DNA of 64,000 nucleotides, from assembly GCA_965216875.1 (NCBI GenBank), contig OZ244207.1, positions 6,816,001 to 6,880,000 on the forward strand. Direction: 5' to 3'. Made by a program: the position numbers and the translations under genes. Within the stretch, counting starts at the first letter, position 1. Each line of letters begins with the position of its first letter. Shown here piece after piece: positions 11,501-19,123 of the stretch. The DNA is from Rubripirellula sp. GTDB lineage: Bacteria > Planctomycetota > Planctomycetia > Pirellulales > Pirellulaceae. The notes below the pieces were generated by a model, which saw only the letters and a list, made by a program, of their open reading frames with translations, did no database searches and was not told where the DNA came from.

Positions 11501-12588
11501 GCCAGCATCACTTTGACGCATTGCGCGAGCTTCTCACATCGGGCGACTACCCGTCACGCAGTGTGGATGAAAACATTGCCGATATCGCCGCTCAACAAGC
11601 GGCTGGCAATGACGGTGCAAGAGCACTTGTGGACCTCGCTTCAAAGTACTCCGTCAACACGGTCGACTTGATGATGGGGCGGTTGCTTGGCCTCGCTGGC
11701 GATGCGATGCAACAGTGGATCGAGACGTTGACCGATCAGACGATGTCGTTCGACGACGTGCTTGACGACGGTACTGGAATCCGAGTTGCGATTACGAAGC
11801 ATGACGGTCGCTTGAGAATCGACTTTTCAGGAACGGCTGGGGTTCATCCCAATGGGTTCAATGCAACGCGATCGATCGTCACGGCGGCAGTCCTTTATGT
11901 TTTGAGGTCTGTATCAAAGTCCGACTTGCCTCTTTGCGACGGAGTCCTCAGAGATGTCGACCTCGTGATTCCCAAAGGCTTGTTATCACCGCCATCCCAT
12001 CCCGACCCCACCAAGTGCGCGGCGGTGGTTGCGGGCAACGTCGAAACAAGCCAGCGAGTCGTTGATGTTTTGTTGGGCGCACTCGGCATTGCCGCGGCAT
12101 CACAGGGGACGATGAATAACGTTTTGATGGGAGACGATACGTTCGGCTATTACGAAACGATTGGTGGTGGTAGTGGCGCTGTCGACGGAAACGCCGGTGC
12201 CGATGCTGTTCATACCCATATGACCAACACGCGCATCACCGATCCTGAGGTGGTGGAGACCAGGTTGCCGGTGAGGCTGAATCGTTTTGCCATTCGTCGC
12301 GGAAGTGGCGGCAGAGGAGCGTATCGGGGAGGCGATGGAATGATTCGGGAATTCGAATTCCTGCGGCCATTGCATATCTCGTTGATCACCAATCGCCGCT
12401 CGGTCTCGCCCTACGGTGCGGCCGGTGGCCAACCAGGTGCACGGGGCGAAAACGTTCTGGTCCGGCACAACACGAACACGGTCTTGGGGTCCTTTGCCGC
12501 CTTTGAAGTCGAAGAAGGTGATCGATTGGTCATCAAGACACCCGGCGGCGGAGGTTGGGGAAGTGACGAGTCGACCGGTACCCCGTGA
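8593..12588 (+). CDS. oplA: ATP-hydrolysing 5-oxoprolinase / fused hydantoinase A+B
   Basis: DVGGTFTD, GTTRGTNALL, SGPAGG, DMGGTSTD, SAGADPGPACY, NAPHVPVHLG, GSHLPD, QGTMNN, TPGGGGWG. Confidence 0.93.
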   Translation: MTDASSQTRVPDDSPSKPSAVKVWADVGGTFTDCFVIEASGDVSVTKTLSSGVTRATIAETRGERALVLGDDTFADLPDGFWKGAHVALVQADGSASPLGRVEDFSASEGLITVDRDFGPTHPSAPALIELDAAIEAPVLATHRLLGVPISETLPQVDVRLGTTRGTNALLTRTGAKTALLVTSGFGDVLQIGQQNRPDLFSLAIKKPSPLAHQVVEVDERLDASGKVLRPIQLDAIETSLEDLRSQGIDSLAICLLHAHVNDVHERALLKLATKLGWKNISLSSQVAPLIKLVSRSATTTLDAYLNPILDQYVKRITTQFGCDRPGSRLRLMTSGGNLVAPEAFRGRDSILSGPAGGVVALAEVAKSADVRGAIGLDMGGTSTDVSRFEGRIGRRYESTVSGVHVMTPMMDIHTVAAGGGSICSFEAGRLAVGPASAGADPGPACYGRGGPLAVTDVNLLLGRLPIDRFPFQLDQKAARSRLVEIARKQNATASDVAASHDAARVGDPNDDQLDRLAEGFLQIAITHMAEAVRTVSTAEGSDPRKMALVGFGGAAGQHLCGVASALGMSEVIDHPHAGMLSALGMGLAKIGRVVTRGLYRPFGAETIETIKQIKDELKDEAAIQLAQEQSESTPLPSPENPPSLENSSPKFAFECDLRYVGTESTLALAIDDVETLERRFHKMHEQVFGYVQSDRAVECVSVRCEATLPVDRPGSLALAEDVIHPPSTIKTYFASEWTEVPVVDRVTLDVDQPIVGPMMIVSDYSTLLVEPGWSGRVLADKSIRLQPTSDKTALGQPSVNEESNVEALVGNDPVLLEVVARRLQGIADAMGEVLRRTSVSVNVKERQDYSCAVFRGDGSLIANAPHVPVHLGAMGHTVKRMMEVYPTMSPGDCYLSNDPYSGGSHLPDITAVTPVFCDPTRKGTPDFFVASRAHHAEIGGRTPGSMPPDATCLAEEGVLIRDFALVREGQHHFDALRELLTSGDYPSRSVDENIADIAAQQAAGNDGARALVDLASKYSVNTVDLMMGRLLGLAGDAMQQWIETLTDQTMSFDDVLDDGTGIRVAITKHDGRLRIDFSGTAGVHPNGFNATRSIVTAAVLYVLRSVSKSDLPLCDGVLRDVDLVIPKGLLSPPSHPDPTKCAAVVAGNVETSQRVVDVLLGALGIAAASQGTMNNVLMGDDTFGYYETIGGGSGAVDGNAGADAVHTHMTNTRITDPEVVETRLPVRLNRFAIRRGSGGRGAYRGGDGMIREFEFLRPLHISLITNRRSVSPYGAAGGQPGARGENVLVRHNTNTVLGSFAAFEVEEGDRLVIKTPGGGGWGSDESTGTP

Positions 12589-12601
12589 TCGGCGATCGGC
12601 C

Positions 12602-12746
12602 GATCTGTGAGCCGTGATCGCGTCAGCGGCCGGGCACTGCAAGGATCTGTGAGCCGCAATCGCGTCAGCGGCCTTTTCACAAGCACAACGCTGCAGGGGC
12701 TCGGCGTGCCGGATCCGCGTCGCTGTCGCTCCTTGATCCGGCCTAC
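12602..12746. repeat. REP cluster: two gtgagccg..cgcgtcagcggcc units plus a 40-bp GTAGGCCGGATCAAGG-type REP
   Basis: Copies 12602-12631 and 12644-12673; 40-mer 12707-12746 identical to 14506-14545. Confidence 0.85.
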
Positions 12747-12798
12747 AGGCGAGATGCGGGCTGCTTAGCGAACCGCGGCTTTTCGGGTAAAACGTGGA

Positions 12799-14373
12799 TT
12801 GGAACACACGTTAGCCCTTTTCAATTTGCCGAGCCGACTTTTGAACGAAACATCGACTTCCGAATCTGTCGCTGCCCTCCTGGGGGCTTCCGCCGACCCG
12901 GTCGCAGCAGGATGGAATCTTCGAGAACTCGCCCAAAAGGCGCGCGCTGGCGAACTGATTGCCGAGCTCGAGGCTTCAAGGCAATCGATCGGCGATTCGG
13001 ATCCAGCAATCCTTGGGGGACTCCTGCGCTGCGTGCACACGCTCTGTGTTCAGGCGTGGATGAACAAAGCCGACGAAGTCATCGACTCCAGCCAGCTGCG
13101 TTTGATCTACGAAGCAACGCCGCCAACCACACCGAATCGACACCTGCTCTTGCATCTGTTGGCGCTTGATCGCACCGCCGAGTCACTGGCGATGTTGGTC
13201 CAGATCTTGCGCGTTGATCCGCCCGAAAAGTGGATCGAAGGCGCGCAAGTGCTCAGCCCGTTGATGCAGCATGACGGATGGCCCGTCGATGCCGTCTACC
13301 CTGCACTGTTGCACTGTCTCGAGTTCCCGGCATTGGCTGCTCCGCTGCTCGACTTGGCGAACTACTTGACCCGCAAGGGGCGCGTTTCAGAGCATCCCGC
13401 CACGGCGCAGTTGCAAGTGCTCAACACATTGCTCGGCCAGGTCAGCGCTCAATTAAGTAACTTCGAAGACAACCCGCGCGCTTTCGGAGACGATGTTGAT
13501 GAGGTTCAGTCGCGGCTGGGCGAGGCGGTCGCGCTTGCCGTTTCGCTGTGTGATGCCGTTGGCTTGATTGGTGACGAGTCGTCGATCGGAAAGTTGAATC
13601 AAACAATCGACCTCAAGCACCGACGCGTTCAATGTGAAGCCGCCGGTGCGTTGGCCCGGCTCGGCGACGACGCGGGCAAGGAACGACTCGTGGAACTTTC
13701 AAAAGATCCGGCGGCGCGGCTACGGGCGATTCACTATGCCGACGAACTCGGTTTTGGTGAAAGAATTGATGCCGACCAACGATCCGACAAGGCGACCGCA
13801 GAAGCGGAGATGGCGTTGTGGTTGTGCCAGCCCCAACAGATGGGCGTTCCTCCAACCGGTCTCGAGGTGATCGACTCTCGGCGTATGCTTTGGCCAAGCT
13901 ACACCGACCCCATCGATGTCTTTTTGGTCCGCTTTGAATACAGTTTCGGCGATCGGCAATACAGCAACGTGGGCATCACAGGGCCGGTGGCGTTTGCGAT
14001 GTCGGCGGACGTTGCCGAACTGCCGGTCGATGACATCTATGCGATCTACGCCGGTTGGCATGCCGAGCATGATGAAATCTTTGTTGTCCCAGCCGACCAA
14101 TTCAACGAGGCTCAATCGCGCGCGGTTGAACCTTACACAAAACATCTCGAGCAAAACGGCTACGAATCGATCAAGCCCGAGATGCTCGGGTTCTTTCTCG
14201 ATGAACAGGCGGGCATCTTCAGCGCGGTTCGCGATGCAACCGCATGTTTGGTGGTGACCGATGGGCTCGAAACAGTCGACCAACCGACTGCCGGTCGCGC
14301 TCGCCCACTGTCCGCTGGAGACCTCTTCAATCTTTACAAGGGTCGAAAGATGCTTCGAACCTTCAACCCCTAG
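12799..14373 (+). CDS. HEAT-repeat-containing hypothetical protein
   Basis: Leu-rich helical; RRVQCEAAGALARLGD HEAT/PBS-lyase-like repeat; start uncertain (TTG). Confidence 0.7.
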   Translation: MEHTLALFNLPSRLLNETSTSESVAALLGASADPVAAGWNLRELAQKARAGELIAELEASRQSIGDSDPAILGGLLRCVHTLCVQAWMNKADEVIDSSQLRLIYEATPPTTPNRHLLLHLLALDRTAESLAMLVQILRVDPPEKWIEGAQVLSPLMQHDGWPVDAVYPALLHCLEFPALAAPLLDLANYLTRKGRVSEHPATAQLQVLNTLLGQVSAQLSNFEDNPRAFGDDVDEVQSRLGEAVALAVSLCDAVGLIGDESSIGKLNQTIDLKHRRVQCEAAGALARLGDDAGKERLVELSKDPAARLRAIHYADELGFGERIDADQRSDKATAEAEMALWLCQPQQMGVPPTGLEVIDSRRMLWPSYTDPIDVFLVRFEYSFGDRQYSNVGITGPVAFAMSADVAELPVDDIYAIYAGWHAEHDEIFVVPADQFNEAQSRAVEPYTKHLEQNGYESIKPEMLGFFLDEQAGIFSAVRDATACLVVTDGLETVDQPTAGRARPLSAGDLFNLYKGRKMLRTFNP

Positions 14374-14395
14374 TGCAGCGTCGAACGGGCAGGTG

Positions 14396-14545
14396 CATCA
14401 GCCGAAACGTGATGGTGTTCGGTTTTCACTGGTGAGCCGCGATCGCGTGAGCGGCCGGGGCTTCGTCTCTTTTACTCTGAACAGATTGCCAAGGTTTGAA
14501 GATCATGCCGGATCCGCGTCGCTGTCGCTCCTTGATCCGGCCTAC
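14396..14545. repeat. REP cluster matching the one at 12.6-12.7 kb
   Basis: catcagccgaaacgtg, gtgagccgcgatcgcgtgagcggccgg and identical 40-mer at 14506-14545. Confidence 0.85.
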
Positions 14546-14667
14546 CTTAATTCGGCCTGCGTTCGCGTTTGGGGCAGGCATAAACTCGCGCCTCGGCCTG
14601 ATTTTGGGCGTACAATAGGGACAGGAATTGGTCCCCTAGATGAAGTCCCCTCCAACGAGTGATGTGA

Positions 14668-14928
14668 ATGGCGTTCAATCTCGGTCGCGTTTCGGATTGC
14701 GAAAACCGCTTGCGACGGGATTTCAGCGATTTTTCGAGGCTTTGGTTGGCCGTCAAAGAAGACTGGCTGGATGAAAAACGCGACAAGTTCGAAGACGAAC
14801 ACCTCGCTTCACTGGGACCGAGTTTGAGCCGCTTTGCGGGTGCGCTGCATGAATTTTGTGATGCTGTACGCAAAGCCGATCACGCGCTGAAAGATGATTT
14901 GGCGGGCTCGGACGAGTTAGAATACTAA
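14668..14928 (+). CDS. Small WXG100-like helix-turn-helix protein (W-x-D variant)
   Basis: 86 aa amphipathic helical, EDWLDE turn followed by KFEDEH, no signal peptide, 34 bp upstream of FtsK-domain ATPase. Confidence 0.65.
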   Translation: MAFNLGRVSDCENRLRRDFSDFSRLWLAVKEDWLDEKRDKFEDEHLASLGPSLSRFAGALHEFCDAVRKADHALKDDLAGSDELEY

Positions 14929-14962
14929 GTCGCCTCCTCTTCTCGTTTGCGACATCACTGCC

Positions 14963-17900
14963 ATGAAAGATTCTTCGGTCGCCCCTGCCGGGCTATTTGA
15001 CCCGCGCCGACAAAAGCAATTGCTCCAGGGACTCGCTGATCGCTTCCAACATTGCTTGGATCAGCAGCAAGATTTGCGCAAGTCCCACGCCGTGGAAAGA
15101 GCGCAGGAAGAGCAGTCGCTGAGTCAGGAACGCAGCGAGATGACCGATCGGTGTCGCGCGAAGCGGCGCAAGATGCTTGACCAATGGGACCAAGCCGAAG
15201 AAGAGCTAACGAGCGGATACGAAGCTTCGGCCATCAAACACCGAAAAGAACTTGCCAGGCTCTCCGCTGTCTTTCGGCGTAAAGCGACCGAGGAAAAGGA
15301 CACGATCGAACGCAAGGTCGAAGCGAGACGGCAAGCCGTTCAAGAGCAATACGAGAATCGCAAGAATCAGCCGGGGCTGCAAAACCGAAAAGAGATCAAA
15401 CTGATCGACGAAAGCCTGGTCGAGATTCACAAGCACCTTGAATGGGCACGCGCGCTAACGATTCGACGGCTCGATCGCATTCCTGAAGTGCCTCCCGCGT
15501 CGAACCCGGAAGAAGACGAAAGTGCTCCCGCGCCCGGATCCGTTAAAGAAACGATCGAAACGGTCGAGATGTTGACCCGTCGTTGTGGGGCGGTGGTCGA
15601 AGAGATGCAAACCGGGACTGCCTATAAAACGGTCGACTCGTTTTATTTGCCAGCCGGTGTAGGTGTGGCGATTGCGATCTGGGCAATCGGAGCCTACTTC
15701 TTTGGACCACAGCCACCTTGGATTCCGATGATCGTTGGGGCGATTGTTTGTGGTGTGATTGGTTTCATTATCTACGCGATCCTGCTTTGGCCGCTCAAGA
15801 AGGCCACCCGCCGCCAATACCCGAAGGTGGAACGTATCGCACGCGCCGCCGAAGAATGCGCAGCATCAGGACGCAAACTTTCGACGGACGCTGCCAAGGA
15901 CTTTGCTGCCGAACTCGTCCACCGTCGGGACAGCCATCTTGCTGCGACCAAACGCTGGAAAGAAGAGCAGTTGACCGAGATGGAAGCCCGCTTGCGCGAA
16001 CAGCAAGAAGAGCATCGCCAGAAACTCGTTCAAGGACTGGCCGAAGCGGATACGCAATACACCCAGCAATTTGCGCGAGTTGGCCAGGAGATGCGTCAAA
16101 ATGCCGAAACGCTTGCAGCTGACATTACCGAGACACTTGCAAAAACGGACTCTCAACTTCAGGCCAAACGAGAAACGGCGGCCGCGGATCGCCACGCACA
16201 GCTCCAACATCTTTCCAACCGACTAAAAGAAGGTGCGAGCCGAGGACTTCATCGGATCTTCGTGACCGATCAACAAGTTCGTCAGCGATTTCCTGATTGG
16301 GAATCTGTTCACCGCGGCGATGCCCTTGGCCAAAACAAGCTCGATTTCCTCCCGCTTGGAAACCTGGGCGTTGATGCGAGCCTTCGAAATGTTCTCGAAG
16401 GTAAAACGGCCAAGCAGCCAATCGCAAATTCAGGCGGCAATGGGCATCACGGCACCGATGATCTCAACGAGCTTCTGGCAACCGCAGAAGTTCCTGAAAT
16501 GCTTCCGGTGGTGCTGCACCGTCGATTGCATAGCGGCGTCGTGATTCAAGCGCCACAATCGCAAATGGAAAACGCGGTTGATCTCGCGCATCAATTGATA
16601 TGGCGTTTGATATCGGGCGCCGCGCCGACTCGTGCCAAGTTGACATTGATCGATCCACTTGGACGTGGTCAGCACTTCACGAGTTTTATGGCGTTGGCGG
16701 ACCATGATGCGACGATGGTCGGTCACCGCGTTTGGACAACCGACAGCAAGATCGACGCGCGGTTGGGTGAGCTGGCGCACCACGTCGAAGATGTTTTACA
16801 GTCGAGTCTGCGTGATCGCTTTGAACGCATCGAAGATTACAACGAGGTCGCCGGTTCGATGGCTGAACCGTATCGAATCGTGGCCGCCGTTGGGATGCCC
16901 GAAGGGCTGACCCGAGACGGTTACAAACACCTTCGTGCGTTGATTGAAAGTGGTCTTCGGTGCGGCATCTTTACGGTCCTGGTTTGCGACTCCGAACGTC
17001 CCTGGCCGACGGACATGCCGCTTCCGGGGCGCGAGAAAATGTTGCATGTTTCCGTTGATGAATCGGGAACGTGGCAGCTTGATTCGGACGGTCTGGAAGG
17101 ATTGCCGTTTCATCCGGCGCCCCTTCCGCCAGTCGCGATGAGAAAGGAACTGGTCGAGCAAATCGGTACGGCGACTGTCGCGGCGTCGCGCGTTGAAATC
17201 CCACTCGACAGCATCATCGATTCGGCGGACCAAGCGGCGGGCTCGACCTCCGAAGGCATCGAAATCGCGATCGGGAGTCAGGGTGCCAACCGCGTATTGG
17301 CGCTGGACCTTGGCGAGGGAGTTCGGCAACACGTGTTGATCGCCGGCAAGACGGGATCGGGAAAAAGTACGCTACTGCATTCGATCATCACGTCGGGTGC
17401 GTACCGCTATAGCCCCGACGAGATGCATTTCTACTTGCTCGACTTCAAGAAAGGGGTCGAGTTCAAACCCTACGCTGATTGCGGTCTACCACACGCTCGC
17501 GTGATCGGGATTGAAAGTGAACGCGAGTTCGGTCGCAGCGTGTTGCAACGGCTTGATGAAGAGCTCCAGCAGCGTGGCGAAAAGTTTCGCGCAAACGGTG
17601 TGCAAGAACTTGGCGAGTACCGCCAGGCTTCGGGCGAAACGTTGCCGCGGATCATGTTGGTGATCGACGAATTCCAGGAACTGTTCGTACGCGACGATCG
17701 TTTGGCCAACGACTGTGCCATGTTGCTCGACCGATTGGTTCGCCAGGGGCGTTCTTTTGGAATGCACGTTGTGCTCAGCAGCCAATCGTTGGCGGGCGCC
17801 TATTCGTTGCCACGCGCGACGCTTGGTCAAATGGCAGTCCGCATTGCAATGCAATGCAGCGAGTCCGATGCGGCTCTTATCCTCTCGGACGACAACACGG

Positions 17901-18886
17901 CGGCGCGTTTGATCGCGCGACCAGGTGAAGCCATTTACAATGATGCGGGCGGTCTAGTCGAGGGGAACCAACCGTTCCAAGTCGCGTGGCTATCGACCAA
18001 TCGCCACCGCGAGATGTTGTCCGAAATTGCCGAACGTGACGCGGATTGGCGAAAGCAACTCGCGCCGCCGGTTGTTTTCGAAGGCAATCGACCTTGCCGC
18101 TGGAACGCGCATCTTGCCTCGGCCGTTGTCGACAACGAGTCCTCTTCTGCGCTGAGCGGCTTGCTGGGCGAAGCGGTTGAGATTGGCCCGCCACTGGGTT
18201 TGCAACTTAGTCGTAATACCGGTCGCAACGTCCTCTTGATCACGCCGCCCGAATCTCGCGGCGCGGTGTTGGCATCGACGATTTCAGGTATGGCCAAGTG
18301 TGATCCACGGCTGCAAGTGGTTTACTTGGACGGGAACCGTGCTGACGACACGCCTTCGTTGGCGCCATGGCTAGAAGAAGCTGGGTTGAATGTAAAAGCA
18401 GTGCGAACGCGTGACAGTGAGTCCGAGATCGTTCAGCTTAGTGAACTGGTGAAGAGTCGCGGTGATGAAGCCGAAGATGCTGAGCCGATTGTTGTTGTGG
18501 TCGATCCCTTGGAACGCTTCCGTGACTTCCGACAAGACGAGTCGTTCAATTTTTCGCTTGATGCGGCCGGTGCAGGCGCAAGCGGTGCAACTGCCCTGCA
18601 AGATCTGTTGCGCGACGGTGCGCCAGCGAACATCTTTGTGGTTTGCGTGTGCGGATCGGCCGAAACCCTTTCGCGATGGTTGCCACGAGCGAGTCAACAC
18701 GATTTGGAACTTCGAATCCTTGGCCGCATGAACGCGACCGATTCATCGACCTTGATCGACACGCCGATGGCTTCCGAACTCTCAACAGCAACCATGCTGT
18801 TGTACGACGATTCGGATGGACGCATCACCAAGTTCCGCCAGTGCGATCTGCCCGACCCCAAAGAGGTTCGCGATTGGTTGAGATAG
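14963..18886 (+). CDS. Membrane-anchored FtsK/SpoIIIE-domain ATPase, EccC/EssC-like
   Basis: Coiled coil, two TM helices, degenerate ATPase-like segment (LIDPLGRG), active domain HVLIAGKTGSGKS, LLDFKKGVEF, LVIDEFQ, RQGRSFG, then a degenerate C-terminal domain. Confidence 0.9.
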   Translation: MKDSSVAPAGLFDPRRQKQLLQGLADRFQHCLDQQQDLRKSHAVERAQEEQSLSQERSEMTDRCRAKRRKMLDQWDQAEEELTSGYEASAIKHRKELARLSAVFRRKATEEKDTIERKVEARRQAVQEQYENRKNQPGLQNRKEIKLIDESLVEIHKHLEWARALTIRRLDRIPEVPPASNPEEDESAPAPGSVKETIETVEMLTRRCGAVVEEMQTGTAYKTVDSFYLPAGVGVAIAIWAIGAYFFGPQPPWIPMIVGAIVCGVIGFIIYAILLWPLKKATRRQYPKVERIARAAEECAASGRKLSTDAAKDFAAELVHRRDSHLAATKRWKEEQLTEMEARLREQQEEHRQKLVQGLAEADTQYTQQFARVGQEMRQNAETLAADITETLAKTDSQLQAKRETAAADRHAQLQHLSNRLKEGASRGLHRIFVTDQQVRQRFPDWESVHRGDALGQNKLDFLPLGNLGVDASLRNVLEGKTAKQPIANSGGNGHHGTDDLNELLATAEVPEMLPVVLHRRLHSGVVIQAPQSQMENAVDLAHQLIWRLISGAAPTRAKLTLIDPLGRGQHFTSFMALADHDATMVGHRVWTTDSKIDARLGELAHHVEDVLQSSLRDRFERIEDYNEVAGSMAEPYRIVAAVGMPEGLTRDGYKHLRALIESGLRCGIFTVLVCDSERPWPTDMPLPGREKMLHVSVDESGTWQLDSDGLEGLPFHPAPLPPVAMRKELVEQIGTATVAASRVEIPLDSIIDSADQAAGSTSEGIEIAIGSQGANRVLALDLGEGVRQHVLIAGKTGSGKSTLLHSIITSGAYRYSPDEMHFYLLDFKKGVEFKPYADCGLPHARVIGIESEREFGRSVLQRLDEELQQRGEKFRANGVQELGEYRQASGETLPRIMLVIDEFQELFVRDDRLANDCAMLLDRLVRQGRSFGMHVVLSSQSLAGAYSLPRATLGQMAVRIAMQCSESDAALILSDDNTAARLIARPGEAIYNDAGGLVEGNQPFQVAWLSTNRHREMLSEIAERDADWRKQLAPPVVFEGNRPCRWNAHLASAVVDNESSSALSGLLGEAVEIGPPLGLQLSRNTGRNVLLITPPESRGAVLASTISGMAKCDPRLQVVYLDGNRADDTPSLAPWLEEAGLNVKAVRTRDSESEIVQLSELVKSRGDEAEDAEPIVVVVDPLERFRDFRQDESFNFSLDAAGAGASGATALQDLLRDGAPANIFVVCVCGSAETLSRWLPRASQHDLELRILGRMNATDSSTLIDTPMASELSTATMLLYDDSDGRITKFRQCDLPDPKEVRDWLR

Positions 18887-19123
18887 GCTGCGAGGTGTGT
18901 GCTCGAACGCACCAGTTTTCGCCTTCCGACGCAATTTCCGCAATTCTTGCCAAGAATCTCGGCAGATTCCCCGGCGATCAAGAATTGGAAAGCAACGCGT
19001 TGTCGATCCGATAAAGAGCCCGGATTTTGCAGACGCCCGTTCGTCGCACCGCTCGAATGCGGACGATCCCGGCCCATCCGGTAAGACGAGCTTGCCACCA
19101 CCGCCTTCCGGAATGACTTGCCG

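Noticed and set aside
14963..18886. Cell-division DNA translocase FtsK
   Set aside because: No N-terminal 4-TM domain, no recognisable alpha or gamma DNA-binding domain; extra degenerate ATPase domains fit an EccC-like protein
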